A DNA stretch of 64,000 nucleotides from a virus: positions 32,001 through 96,000 of IMG/VR virus record IMGVR_UViG_3300002835_000041, one strand, 5' to 3'. Every line of letters starts with the position of its first letter. Position 1 is the first letter of the stretch. The translations under genes were made by a program, and so were the position numbers. Of the stretch, positions 27,646 to 37,676 are shown one piece after another. The notes beneath the pieces are model-generated. The model was given only the letters and a program-made list of their open reading frames with translations. It did no database searches and was not told where the DNA came from.

Positions 27646-28671
27646 TCATATCTTAATTATATCAGTCGGTGTTCTATGTGTCAAATTATAAAATAGATCT
27701 GCAACATGATGTTGAAAATGAATTCCTGGATGAGCATAGCCAGTTGTCTTTTTGCTATCAATGATTGAGTAATCAGATCCAACTGACCAACAGAAATTAT
27801 CCTTAAACTCAGAGTTGTGATCTGACTTACAAATATCTTGCACAAAAGTATTGCAAGGCTTAATTGATTTGGCAGGAAAGAATGATGTGAAGTTTTTTAA
27901 TTTAAAATCTTTAATATTTAAAAGTTCTTCCATAAGCAAGTTAGTATTTATGTCCCAGGTTGTCCAATATAGTTTTATGCCACTTGTCAAGCAGAATGAT
28001 TCTAGTATGTAAATAGAGTTTATAGAATTTAAAATTAGTTGGTGTGGGGAAGTTGCGTCTTCTACATATTTTTTATCTTTTACTTCCATCAATAAAGAAC
28101 TTTTATACTCATCAATTTTTGGATTGCAGTAGGTCAATTCTAAATGATCCCAATCAGGAAAGTTTTTATCATTTTTTGATTTGTAAAATTCCTTATCAAT
28201 AACAACTACACTTCTAAAAAAGTCTGGAAACAAACAAAAGATTTCTTTTGGCATTTTGTTATTTAGGGAATACTGAATAATATTATTACAAATACTTTCT
28301 ACAGATGCTCCAGGACTGCCCAAATTAACAATGCTTTTATTAATCCTATTACCTAAAAAGTTTGTCCATCTAGCAGGTTCTGGAACTCCAACTCCAAAAG
28401 TTATAGAGCAACCAGATGCAATAACATCTGAATTGTCATCAATTTCTCCACGACAACCAAAACGATTAATCTCGTATGTATTGTGCTCATCAACTGTTCC
28501 AACAAAAGGATCTTTTTGGTTCCACTCTTTAAAGAAAGTATCTTTAGCATATGGTTTAAAGTAGCCAAACTCGCTGGTGTTGGTGAAGTTTTTTATTAGA
28601 TAGTCTTTTTCTTTATCACTTTTTTGATCAAACTTATAAAAACTTAAAATGTCTCTTGTCAGAAAAGTCAT
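27646..28671 (-). CDS. SGNH-hydrolase-like protein
   Basis: SGCSITFG, NLGSPGAS, HPGIH; paralogue of 60083..61021. Confidence 0.6.
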   Translation of the reverse strand: MTFLTRDILSFYKFDQKSDKEKDYLIKNFTNTSEFGYFKPYAKDTFFKEWNQKDPFVGTVDEHNTYEINRFGCRGEIDDNSDVIASGCSITFGVGVPEPARWTNFLGNRINKSIVNLGSPGASVESICNNIIQYSLNNKMPKEIFCLFPDFFRSVVVIDKEFYKSKNDKNFPDWDHLELTYCNPKIDEYKSSLLMEVKDKKYVEDATSPHQLILNSINSIYILESFCLTSGIKLYWTTWDINTNLLMEELLNIKDFKLKNFTSFFPAKSIKPCNTFVQDICKSDHNSEFKDNFCWSVGSDYSIIDSKKTTGYAHPGIHFQHHVADLFYNLTHRTPTDIIKI

Positions 28672-28898
28672 TCTTCTCTTCTCCAGTGTATGTATGACTT
28701 TATATATACAAGTCCATACGCTACTGCACTAACAATAAATCCATACTGCTTAGTTACTAGACCATAAACAGTCCATAATGTTTCATTAAATAATAAAACA
28801 AACCAGCCCCAAATTGTTTTTCTTCCAACAAAATAAATTCCAGACACGCCGATAATAGCAAGCACCCAGTGGGCATAGTCGTTAATCCATTGTTCCAT
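28668..28898 (-). CDS. small membrane protein (PnuC-like)
   Basis: Three hydrophobic helices, GW..W..YG pattern. Confidence 0.45.
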   Translation of the reverse strand: MEQWINDYAHWVLAIIGVSGIYFVGRKTIWGWFVLLFNETLWTVYGLVTKQYGFIVSAVAYGLVYIKSYIHWRREE

Positions 28899-28937
28899 AT
28901 ATACAGTATACCCTAAAGTAATAGTTTAGTCAAATCT

Positions 28938-29513
28938 TTATATTATTATCTTTTTTTCTAAAAGTTTGTTGTAATAATAATAGCACAAACCAATATTTAG
29001 ATCATCTGACAAATCTTTATTGTAGTCTGGCAAATCTTTGCTTGACTCAACAAAAAAGGGATCTGGCTGTCCGTAATCTCCATCAAAAAGATGATGCTCA
29101 TCTTCCTTAATATCTAATAGTTCTATTAACTTTTTAATTGTAGTGTCTGGGTATTTAACAAGATCATTAAAGTCTATAACATAGTCTGCATGCTCATATA
29201 AAAAACTATAAAGAAGTATGTATTCTGATACAATTTGATTAACTCTTTGCCATGTAACCTCATAAACACCACGATGTTCCGCTGCAATATATGAGGCAAT
29301 GCTGTCTCTAGGATCTCTTGCTATGGTAATTATTACCCTTTGCTTATTGTGATCCTTATCAAATGCCCAATTAATTGTATGAGTTTTTTCAATACGGAAT
29401 CCTGACTCTTTTTCAAAAAGTCTATCAAAATAGTGGGATCCGCTTCTTGGGTATGTGCTTAAATGCGGTTTGTATTTCACGACACTAAGCCCATAGATAG
29501 GTGACCAAGGCAC
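28938..29513 (-). CDS. sulfotransferase-like protein
   Basis: TYPRSGSHY, IARDPRDSIAS. Confidence 0.7.
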   Translation of the reverse strand: MPWSPIYGLSVVKYKPHLSTYPRSGSHYFDRLFEKESGFRIEKTHTINWAFDKDHNKQRVIITIARDPRDSIASYIAAEHRGVYEVTWQRVNQIVSEYILLYSFLYEHADYVIDFNDLVKYPDTTIKKLIELLDIKEDEHHLFDGDYGQPDPFFVESSKDLPDYNKDLSDDLNIGLCYYYYNKLLEKKIII

Positions 29514-29617
29514 ACATCAGCAACAATATAGTCGGAATGATTAACGACAATATCAAAATGCGTTGCGTCTTTATCACAAAAAAAACATTTAGACTTCTTC
29601 ATATAATAATTATACCA

Positions 29618-31045
29618 TTAAACAAAATCAAACCACAGTGGCATAATATATCTTGATCCATTTGCAGGAGCAACATGATACCAGTAGTGAATATTTCCAG
29701 GGAATAGAACTAAATCGCCAGCCTTGGGCTTAAATGATACACCTTGATGAATAAAAGACAACTCTCCACCATCGTAATCGTCATTAAGATATACCCATCC
29801 TGCTAAATGGTTTGAATCTTTATGTCCTAAGTCGTCTATTGGAATTACTGGACTATTATTATGCACCCATTCAGCAAAACGAGAGTTTCTTGGCTTTAGT
29901 TTAACACCATACTCTTCTTCCACCAAAGATTTTATTTGAGGTATATATCTTTCTGAATAGTCTAGTGAGTCGTAATAAAGTAAAGACAAGGTAGGCTTTC
30001 CAGCGCTATCAGGCTGTAGAGGACGATTATTGCTTGTCTCTGTACCCTTGATTAGTTCTATAATGTTGTTGCACTCTTCTTTACTTAGATAGTTACTAAA
30101 GATTTTTACATTATTAGGATTGTTTCCAATCTTAGTAAAGTTTTCTATAGTAAGTTCAGATATTACCACCTTCTTTTGTTCTGGGATAACTATGTTATTA
30201 AAATCTTTTACTAATTCTAGCAACTTGCTAATGTCTTCTTGATCGGTATGTATCATAAAATCATATATTCCAAATTGTTCAGACAACTGTCTTATTTGTC
30301 TAACAACATCAACCATAGGTCCTTTAACATGGTGATGCTGCTTTCTTACTGGTGCATTTTTATCGTATCTAACATTTTGCTCTTCGTCGGGATGATTTAT
30401 AATTAGAGGATCGATAATAACTATTGGCTTTACTCTACTAAGATCAATCTTTTTAAATTGATCTCTAAATAGTAAGTTATCATCTACATAAATATACTCA
30501 CAATGCTTGTTTGCTATTTCAATAGTAGTGTCTGAAGAACCAACAACAGCCATATGTGTCTTATGTTGGTGCGTTTTCATCAAATCCATAACCTTATCCA
30601 TCCAGACTGCAGAGATAGCAACTCTTTTTTCAAGAGTATCTATTAGTGATGGATCGTGCATATAGTGTTCTAGAACTATTCTTTCTGCAGGACCATTTCC
30701 TTCATCTCCCCATCTTCCAGCAACAAGGTTTACACCAATTCTTCCAGGAGCAAATCGGTTTAATGTTTCACAAATTTTAGCAGCATAGTCAGGGCTTGTT
30801 CCGTATGCTGGCAAAGCAATTGTCATAATTAGTTGGTTTGTTTTTTGTAGCGCTTCTTGTATAACTAAGGAAAAGTCTATGCCTCCTGGACCGTAAGGAA
30901 GCAAAACAGATTTTACATTAGCATCATCTAGTTCTGTGGCCATCTTAAGGATTCCATTAAGATCTAGGTTTTCAATACTGTCATTTATCTGCCAGTGCCT
31001 TCTCCACATCCAGTGAAATGTTATGGGCTTATTTATATTATCCAT
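29618..31045 (-). CDS. luciferase-like monooxygenase fused to 2OG-Fe(II) oxygenase
   Basis: N-domain ..LNRFAPGRIGVNLVAG.. TIM-barrel LLM pattern; C-domain YLNDDYDGGELSF..FPGN..HVAP..RY. Confidence 0.65.
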   Translation of the reverse strand: MDNINKPITFHWMWRRHWQINDSIENLDLNGILKMATELDDANVKSVLLPYGPGGIDFSLVIQEALQKTNQLIMTIALPAYGTSPDYAAKICETLNRFAPGRIGVNLVAGRWGDEGNGPAERIVLEHYMHDPSLIDTLEKRVAISAVWMDKVMDLMKTHQHKTHMAVVGSSDTTIEIANKHCEYIYVDDNLLFRDQFKKIDLSRVKPIVIIDPLIINHPDEEQNVRYDKNAPVRKQHHHVKGPMVDVVRQIRQLSEQFGIYDFMIHTDQEDISKLLELVKDFNNIVIPEQKKVVISELTIENFTKIGNNPNNVKIFSNYLSKEECNNIIELIKGTETSNNRPLQPDSAGKPTLSLLYYDSLDYSERYIPQIKSLVEEEYGVKLKPRNSRFAEWVHNNSPVIPIDDLGHKDSNHLAGWVYLNDDYDGGELSFIHQGVSFKPKAGDLVLFPGNIHYWYHVAPANGSRYIMPLWFDFV

Positions 31046-31301
31046 TTTTTATTACTCTTCCTTTTGTTTTAAACCAAGACCCTATCTTGGCCTTTGCTAC
31101 TTTGCTTCTTAAAAGTTCTCCAAATGTTTCATGTGATATATCTGATCCAAGATACTCCTGACCAGTTTCAAGGTCTATCAGTTTCCATTTGCCAGGTGCT
31201 TTTGTGTGCAAGATCAAATCGATTGGATGATCGTAATCATTTACCTCAGAGCCATCTAAAAGTTTTCTTTTCTTTTGATTTGGTTCTGAGTTATTTGTCA
31301 T
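31038..31301 (-). CDS. hypothetical protein
   Basis: Leaderless ORF. Confidence 0.55.
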   Translation of the reverse strand: MTNNSEPNQKKRKLLDGSEVNDYDHPIDLILHTKAPGKWKLIDLETGQEYLGSDISHETFGELLRSKVAKAKIGSWFKTKGRVIKNG

Positions 31302-31315
31302 TATTCAATTATACA

Positions 31316-31927
31316 CTATGGGATTGTAAACCAAATTGGCACGGTATATCTTACACCAGACAGGACTTCTTTTACTTCATGGGCATAGTACATATTTCCA
31401 GGGAACATAATGAGGTCACCAATCTTAGGCTTAATAGTAACATCGTGTGTTGCAAAACTTAGTTCCCCACCCTCATAGTCATCATTAAGATATATAAGTG
31501 TAGGTAGGTGGTTGTCCGTTACCCATCCGAGATCGTCAACATGTAGGGCTAGTTTGGTACCCTTGTCCCATCTTGCAATGTTAAGATAGTCAAGATCTTT
31601 CTTCTTTATATTTTCATGGTTATATGCTTTTTTAACTTCATCTAAAACTCTACCGAATATGTTATATTTATCTATAACGCCCTGATAGTTGTGAATCCAT
31701 GCAACAGGATTATCTTTGTCGTCTTTTTGAGAAACAAAACTAATTCTTCTAGTTTCTTGAATATGGCTAAGAAGATAGTCAATCTCTTCAGAAGAAAGAA
31801 AATTTGGTATAACTTTTATGTTGTCTGCAGAATTGCCGATTTTTTGAAAAAATTCAAGATACGCTGGGGTTCTTTCGATTTCTCCTGGGTGGTTTCCCAC
31901 TGCTTGATTGTTAACTATGTATGCCAT
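31316..31927 (-). CDS. prolyl-4-hydroxylase-like 2OG-Fe(II) oxygenase
   Basis: HVDD, YLNDDYEGGELSF, HEV..VRY; start set at leaderless ATG. Confidence 0.85.
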   Translation of the reverse strand: MAYIVNNQAVGNHPGEIERTPAYLEFFQKIGNSADNIKVIPNFLSSEEIDYLLSHIQETRRISFVSQKDDKDNPVAWIHNYQGVIDKYNIFGRVLDEVKKAYNHENIKKKDLDYLNIARWDKGTKLALHVDDLGWVTDNHLPTLIYLNDDYEGGELSFATHDVTIKPKIGDLIMFPGNMYYAHEVKEVLSGVRYTVPIWFTIP

Positions 31928-32085
31928 ATAACCATTATACACTACGAAAAAATCTTTAAAGTTCGGCGCAAAATAGAAGTTATAAACCTCTATATGCCCT
32001 ATACGGGCACTATTGGTGAGTAGCCTTCATATGCCGAGCAAGGGAATCATGCCCAAAGATACCCCATCTAAGATCCCATTCCTTC

Positions 32086-32334
32086 TTACAAATTGGACAG
32101 ACTATTATCCTCATCACTCTCCCAAATCATTAGACATCTTGTACAGGTAATCCCATGCTCTCTCATATACCAAGTATGGTCACACCTAACAACATAATCC
32201 TTGCCCATACCCTTACGCTTTAGTTGTTGTCTGAACTTTCCATTAGGATCGTGAATGTGGCAAAAATGATTTGAGCCAGTTGTATTTGCAAAGCAGGTTT
32301 TGCCATTATTCTTTTTGGCATAACACTTTCTCAT
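32086..32334 (-). CDS. Cys/His-rich hypothetical protein
   Basis: C..C..CHIH and CDH..CTRC motifs. Confidence 0.5.
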   Translation of the reverse strand: MRKCYAKKNNGKTCFANTTGSNHFCHIHDPNGKFRQQLKRKGMGKDYVVRCDHTWYMREHGITCTRCLMIWESDEDNSLSNL

Positions 32335-32442
32335 TGGCGATGTCTTTTCTTATTACCATACCTAGCCTTAACCTCAGCCTTAGCCTGTTCTACAATGGCG
32401 TTCGTAATGTCTTCAACAGTAAACTCTTGATCGAAGGTTTCT

Positions 32443-32649
32443 TCAGTATCCACCTAGGCACTCATTTCTTGTATGGTATAGACGAATCTTGGTCATAGTT
32501 TTTTTGTTCGGGGCACTGAGAGGTTCACCGCATGCAGCACACTCCATGTCCCATTCGCCAGAAAAGAAGTCATATCGTAATCCTTTTGTGCGATTATATT
32601 TTTCTATACGAAATGCTGTAAATGGGTCAGGTATCTCCATATTGATCAT
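32443..32649 (-). CDS. Zn-finger hypothetical protein
   Basis: CAAC..H..C; leaderless. Confidence 0.55.
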   Translation of the reverse strand: MINMEIPDPFTAFRIEKYNRTKGLRYDFFSGEWDMECAACGEPLSAPNKKTMTKIRLYHTRNECLGGY

Positions 32650-32680
32650 ATCTTAATTATAGCCTGGTTTGGCTGGTTTG

Positions 32681-33232
32681 TCAATGTATGGATTTATCTA
32701 GCATGGCATTATAAATGTCATATAGTTTGGATAGGTCTGTATCTTCTATATATTTTCTAATCATCTCATACTCTCTAACCTTCTTGCTAGATATCATATG
32801 GCCATGTTCAGCGTAGTCCTTAAGTCGACCAGACTCATAGCCCTCAGTGATGATCTCAACATCCATCTTAATGGCTATGGCCTTGATCGTTTCAACGGGG
32901 AAATTTATTAGTCTATCGTAATCTATTATAATATCAAATTGATCAATCATAGTCATATCATCTGTGCCAGTAAAGTACTTAGAGTAATCGTTTAGCCAAA
33001 GACTCCTTAAATTATTATTAACTAACTTGTCTAAAGTAGTACTTGAGGTATCGTAAAAGTATCTCATAGAAACCTCAGATGCCAGAAACTCTACTGGATC
33101 TCTGGCTATCGTTATCATTTTGTTATTTTGAAGAGTATGAAACCTTTCCACAAACAAACCAGTATGTTGTAGTATCCTGTCTTGAAGATAGTTTGAGCCA
33201 ACTCTAGGCAGGGTAACTATCGAATAATCCAT
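32681..33232 (-). CDS. sulfotransferase-like protein
   Basis: TLPRVGSNYL, IARDPVEFLAS; paralogue of 28938. Confidence 0.65.
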   Translation of the reverse strand: MDYSIVTLPRVGSNYLQDRILQHTGLFVERFHTLQNNKMITIARDPVEFLASEVSMRYFYDTSSTTLDKLVNNNLRSLWLNDYSKYFTGTDDMTMIDQFDIIIDYDRLINFPVETIKAIAIKMDVEIITEGYESGRLKDYAEHGHMISSKKVREYEMIRKYIEDTDLSKLYDIYNAMLDKSIH

Positions 33233-33278
33233 AAAACCATTCTAGCATATTCTGCGGGGGATAAAGTATAATAGACTA

Positions 33279-33593
33279 ATGACCCTACTATATATACTCT
33301 ATAGCCCTGTGTATAAGGCTGTCAAAATAGGGATATCTGATGTCTCAGGTAGAAGGTTTGCAAGCCATAGGACCAAGGGTTGGATATTGATTAAGTATTG
33401 GGCATTTTCCGAACGGGATAAAGCAAGAGCAATAGAATCCCTAGTAGTACAAACCCTTACTTCCAAGTATGGACATTTCCTGGATAAGGCGGATATGCCA
33501 CAAGGGGGTTATACGGAGACATTTGATGCGTCGAAGATAACTCGAAAAGGTTTGATCCGTATGGTCAATAGGGCTATAAAGGATGTATCGTAA
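33279..33593 (+). CDS. GIY-YIG/T5orf172-like protein
   Basis: LYIL..VKIGIS..R..H..E..GGYTETF. Confidence 0.7.
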   Translation: MTLLYILYSPVYKAVKIGISDVSGRRFASHRTKGWILIKYWAFSERDKARAIESLVVQTLTSKYGHFLDKADMPQGGYTETFDASKITRKGLIRMVNRAIKDVS

Positions 33594-34720
33594 TCTTTAT
33601 TTACCCTGGCATTTTGGACACTTGGATGTAGGGTTTGAGGTTCCATAAGGTACTTGGAACATACCCCCACAGTCAAAGCATAAGACATCTAACATTATCC
33701 AGTCATCCTTATCTGTTGTAGGTAGGCCATATAGTTAAGAAATATGAATAGGCCAAGCATGATGATTAGGAAAGGTTTCATACATAAAGTATATCAGAGT
33801 TATCCACAGGTTGGACAGTAGTATGGAGCATCAGGCTTATCTGGATCGATAGCCAATAGGTAGTAACATTGAGTGCATTTAATGTCACTGAGTTCGTGTT
33901 CTGTTGTTGGGTCTGTTGTCATATGTTTAGTATATCATGGTTTTCAACAGAGTTATCCACAAGTTATCCACAGATTAATCTTACTGATAATATTATTAGA
34001 CACTCTAGAAGTGGAGCATTGTGGAGGATAGTGGAGTAGGGAGCGCTTTTAACGATGCGTTCGTAATCTTTTTTTGGAGAGAGGGGCCTTATCACAAAAC
34101 CTTCATATTGTCAAACCTCAAACCTTCCTATCCCGCTGCGGATGATATCACAGATATAATGGTTTGTCAAGTCCTTTCAAACCTTAAAACCCCATAAAAA
34201 AATCTCCCAAAACCAGGGAGAAATTGTCGATAATCGTAATGTTTTTTTAACAAACCTTTATGTTATTTAAAGAAACCAGGAGATAATGGTTTGTTATTCT
34301 ATAGGGGTTTGTTCTTGTATGGTTTGCTCTTGATCCCCTGGGATTTCGCCTTCGGCGAAGCGGCCTGTGGCCTGCTCAATTTCACGGGCCTGCAAAAATT
34401 CGGGGGTAAATGTAAAGAATCTATTCAAACCTATAGCATGTGTAACAGTAACAAATGAGTTCCACATGTTATCTGAGAAAGCCTGATATTGTTTAGGATC
34501 TCTTTTGGCATATTCTGCAAAGTGATGTTTAGGGCTCATATATTTATTATAACACCATATAAAAGGGTTTGACAAACCTTACAAACTATGGTATAAGTTC
34601 AGCAGGGGGAAAGATTTGAAGGTTCGTAATGTCCTGGTTTGGGGATATAAAGGTTTGGATCGTAATAAGGTTTGGTGGTTTGACAATTTGATAAAAGTAT
34701 GGCACGTGCCCTTTCGGGTC
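33540..34720. repeat. repeat-rich patch with DnaA boxes, GGTTTG/CAAACC and CGTAAT repeats
   Basis: TTATCCACA at 33800, 33953, 33964; about 15 GGTTTG/CAAACC; CGTAAT at 33589, 34062, 34235, 34625, 34661; GTGGAG at 34011/34021/34031. Confidence 0.7.
34294..34575 (-). CDS. hypothetical protein
   Basis: ORF inside the repeat patch; likely true start MSPKHH. Confidence 0.45.
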   Translation of the reverse strand: MSNPFIWCYNKYMSPKHHFAEYAKRDPKQYQAFSDNMWNSFVTVTHAIGLNRFFTFTPEFLQAREIEQATGRFAEGEIPGDQEQTIQEQTPIE

Positions 34721-34725
34721 ACTGA

Positions 34726-34986
34726 TTATTCGTCAACAAAAATATCTTCAAGTCGTGCGTAGCCTTCGTCTTGAATTCCCAAACCTTCAATAAACAAATC
34801 CCAAGTTTCGTTGATGTATTGTTCTAGTGTTGGTGTGTGATTAATTATTCCTTCAGCAAAACCAAAAGCAAGTGGCAAACCTAAATCGTTATACTCCATA
34901 AAATCTGACCACTCGTCATCCTTTTTAAAATTAACCCATAGTTGTCCAAGGATTAAAGCCTTGCTATCAAAATCCGTTGTTGGCAT
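34726..34986 (-). CDS. hypothetical protein
   Basis: ORF track. Confidence 0.55.
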   Translation of the reverse strand: MPTTDFDSKALILGQLWVNFKKDDEWSDFMEYNDLGLPLAFGFAEGIINHTPTLEQYINETWDLFIEGLGIQDEGYARLEDIFVDE

Positions 34987-35173
34987 AATTTGTTCCTTCC
35001 TTAGTTTCTTTGGCTGACTCTGCTATTACCTGTAATCGATTATACACTACATAGGGCTGAGATTTTGCTAAGTATTCCCCGACCAATTCCAAATCAACTC
35101 TGAGGTCAGCAATAATGTTGCCCATTTTATTGGCAATCTTTTCCTCATCTGTAATTCGTCTGCTTATACGCAT
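34967..35173 (-). CDS. hypothetical protein
   Basis: ATG after AAGGGAG. Confidence 0.55.
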   Translation of the reverse strand: MRISRRITDEEKIANKMGNIIADLRVDLELVGEYLAKSQPYVVYNRLQVIAESAKETKEGTNYANNGF

Positions 35174-35203
35174 AGTTCTCCCTTGTATCCATTGTATCAA
35201 AAA

Positions 35204-35226
35204 GTGGGGGAAAGAGCAAGCCCCAC
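35204..35226 (-). terminator. intrinsic terminator
   Basis: GTGGGG/CCCCAC stem followed by T5 on minus strand. Confidence 0.55.
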
Positions 35227-35266
35227 GCCTGCCCCTTCCACCCGATTAATCTAGGTGACCCAATAC

Positions 35267-35641
35267 CTAGATTTGCTCAACTAAATCTGCAACACCACTG
35301 CGGGTTGGCCGATAGGCCTCAACAAATTTATCAAAGGGCACAGAGACATTATCAGTAACAGTCTTAGTAACAAAGTCGACTAGGACCGTTTTCTCACCTA
35401 GGTCCAGGCCATCATTGTCAATTGCATATATACCAAATCCGTGCTCATCCAATACTGAACCATTAATAAGATAACTTATGATCATCCGTGTTCCATATGC
35501 TGAATCAAACCATCTAGGCTTTGAATGCTGCAGCGCCATTGCTAGGTCCCGCTGCCATTCGGTCTCGCCCCAATGACTATAGAGAACTACCCTAGGGCCC
35601 TTCTCACTGTCTTGAAATACATAGTTAATCCGTGCTCCCAT
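35267..35641 (-). CDS. conserved phage hypothetical protein
   Basis: MGARIN..LYSHWG motif. Confidence 0.6.
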   Translation of the reverse strand: MGARINYVFQDSEKGPRVVLYSHWGETEWQRDLAMALQHSKPRWFDSAYGTRMIISYLINGSVLDEHGFGIYAIDNDGLDLGEKTVLVDFVTKTVTDNVSVPFDKFVEAYRPTRSGVADLVEQI

Positions 35642-35979
35642 TAGTCTTGCTCCTCATCTAGGTCGCCCTCAAAGTCAATGACAACCTTAGATACACGGCC
35701 ATCATCATTTAACTGAATATACACAGGGTAGTATCCGTCACCATAGCCCGTATTAAATACAATTGCTTTACCAATGCCTAGTTCTCCAGCATTATTGGCA
35801 AGCGTTGTAGCACTGGCACCCTGATAAGAGTATTCATACATCTTGCCTTCTAGGTCCCATTCCTCGCCTTCGTTAGTATTCCAGCCGTCAAGGTAGCAAG
35901 GGTCTCCCACCATTGCTTGACCGCTGTCCACAGCGAAGGAGCCTACTAATCTTAGTTCATCTATTACTATTTGTGTCAT
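35641..35979 (-). CDS. DUF4241-like protein
   Basis: VDSGQAMVGDP..TGYGDGYYPVY. Confidence 0.6.
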   Translation of the reverse strand: MTQIVIDELRLVGSFAVDSGQAMVGDPCYLDGWNTNEGEEWDLEGKMYEYSYQGASATTLANNAGELGIGKAIVFNTGYGDGYYPVYIQLNDDGRVSKVVIDFEGDLDEEQD

Positions 35980-36410
35980 TTTGTTTCCAATCCTACTAGG
36001 GTCATTTCTTCAAGTGTAGCACACTGAGGGCATTTTGGCAAGTCTGCCTCATCAAAGGCATCTCTAACAGTATTATCAGGGTCCTCAAACTCTGCTCCAC
36101 AGTTCTCACAGTAGAACCAGTTATAACTAACTCTGATTTGAATTGTTGTGTTGGGTGGGCAAGGAACTTCAGTAATGAAGTATCCTAGTCTATTTACAAA
36201 TCCCCAGCCGCTCCAGATATATGAGCCACCATCGTCGCCATCACCATACATCCAGATACGGTCCTCTGGCTGCTCTTTAACAAAGGCAACCTCATCGCCA
36301 TAGGTTTCAAACATCTCACCATTAAAGGAGGCGTTAGTATCTATATGATTTTTGATTGGCTTGTATGTGTCACACCAGTCATCAAAGTCCATTTCAATAA
36401 AGTTATCCAC
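35976..36410 (-). CDS. hypothetical protein with C-terminal zinc ribbon
   Basis: CENC..CPQC. Confidence 0.6.
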   Translation of the reverse strand: MDNFIEMDFDDWCDTYKPIKNHIDTNASFNGEMFETYGDEVAFVKEQPEDRIWMYGDGDDGGSYIWSGWGFVNRLGYFITEVPCPPNTTIQIRVSYNWFYCENCGAEFEDPDNTVRDAFDEADLPKCPQCATLEEMTLVGLETK

Positions 36411-36681
36411 GGCTCTTTATCCTATCTGCAATAGCAAAGGCTAAAGCATATGTTAGATTATATACTTCCACATAAGCGTCAAGCCTTCCTTCTGCTCGTG
36501 TGCGGTCCATAGAAAGCATTGCGTCAGAGTAGCCACCCTCACGCTCTTCCTTTTCAATCTCAAGGTATTCAGTCTCAGCCTCAAGCATTAGGTTCTTAAG
36601 TTCTCCGTGTAGGATATCAGTTCCTGATACTCCCATATTAACTGCTAGTTGTAGTCGTGGGTCTAGTTGTGTGGTTTCCAT
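36403..36681 (-). CDS. hypothetical protein
   Basis: ORF track. Confidence 0.55.
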   Translation of the reverse strand: METTQLDPRLQLAVNMGVSGTDILHGELKNLMLEAETEYLEIEKEEREGGYSDAMLSMDRTRAEGRLDAYVEVYNLTYALAFAIADRIKSRG

Positions 36682-36683
36682 AG

Positions 36684-36890
36684 TTATATTCTACCCTCTA
36701 GCACTGACAAGAAATGGCGGGTAGCAATAAGTTCACCTGTATTATGCATGTCATCAATCTCTAGGTCACGATACTCATCAGAGTCATAGTCACCCTCAAA
36801 TGTGTCCATTAGGTTTTGTAGTTTGTCTGCATCCTGCAAAAGGCTAATCTCATGCAGGCGTATATATTCTTTGAATGTATTTAGGTCCAT
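36684..36890 (-). CDS. hypothetical protein
   Basis: ORF track. Confidence 0.55.
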   Translation of the reverse strand: MDLNTFKEYIRLHEISLLQDADKLQNLMDTFEGDYDSDEYRDLEIDDMHNTGELIATRHFLSVLEGRI

Positions 36891-36891
36891 A

Positions 36892-37134
36892 CTATAAAGT
36901 ATACGGGTTTGAGTTGATTTTTACAACTTCACGGGGTGTGACCTTGCTCACATCTGTAATGATCGGAGCATAGGCTTCTTCATAACTAATATAGTTTAGC
37001 ATCCTACCACAAGGGCATTTCATTTCCACTACCCCCAGGGGGAAGCCAAAGTCATCCCTAGCGGTAAATTCAACAAGAGCATCACACTCATCAGGATCGC
37101 AAACAAATGTATACTTACTCCACATTGTGAACAT
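36892..37134 (-). CDS. Zn-binding hypothetical protein
   Basis: CDPDEC..CPCG. Confidence 0.55.
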   Translation of the reverse strand: MFTMWSKYTFVCDPDECDALVEFTARDDFGFPLGVVEMKCPCGRMLNYISYEEAYAPIITDVSKVTPREVVKINSNPYTL

Positions 37135-37303
37135 ACTCCTTTGCCCATTCAGGCGCTTCGCCTTCTACCCAATCTAATTTAACATCAAAGTCTCCACCGC
37201 CACCTTCAGGCCAGCCAGTTGTTACTACTAACTCTGTGCCGTCTTCAAAGAAGATTTGCTCAACAATGGTGCGGTATGTAATTTCACGGGATTGAATGTT
37301 CAT
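37115..37303 (-). CDS. hypothetical protein
   Basis: ORF track. Confidence 0.55.
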   Translation of the reverse strand: MNIQSREITYRTIVEQIFFEDGTELVVTTGWPEGGGGDFDVKLDWVEGEAPEWAKEYVHNVE

Positions 37304-37509
37304 TAGTCCTCTATATATTCTACTGATACTTGGTGGATTACTTCATCATACTTAACAAGGGTATCAATGTCCTCAACAAAACGAGCAATAAGATAATCAA
37401 CCTTATCCTCAGTGCTCATATCAGGTGGACCATAGAGTTCAAACCCTATATCATTAGACATTGCTTCATCAATATCTACAATCTGTTCAATGGCTATTTT
37501 AACTTTCAT
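37303..37509 (-). CDS. hypothetical protein
   Basis: ORF track. Confidence 0.55.
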   Translation of the reverse strand: MKVKIAIEQIVDIDEAMSNDIGFELYGPPDMSTEDKVDYLIARFVEDIDTLVKYDEVIHQVSVEYIED

Positions 37510-37676
37510 TTGCTATTTGCTCCAGCCTCGTATGCAACCTTGTAAATCTCTACAAGTCTTAGGTATGTTCCTTTGACTGCATCATCCTCATTAGACATAG
37601 AGGCCTCAAAGTATACGATTTGGTCTGCTTGGTCTTGCAGTTCTTCTTTATGCTCTTTCGATATCTTGATTTTCAT
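37506..37676 (-). CDS. hypothetical protein
   Basis: Read manually: MKIKISKEHKEELQDQADQ..; ATGA overlap. Confidence 0.5.
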   Translation of the reverse strand: MKIKISKEHKEELQDQADQIVYFEASMSNEDDAVKGTYLRLVEIYKVAYEAGANSK

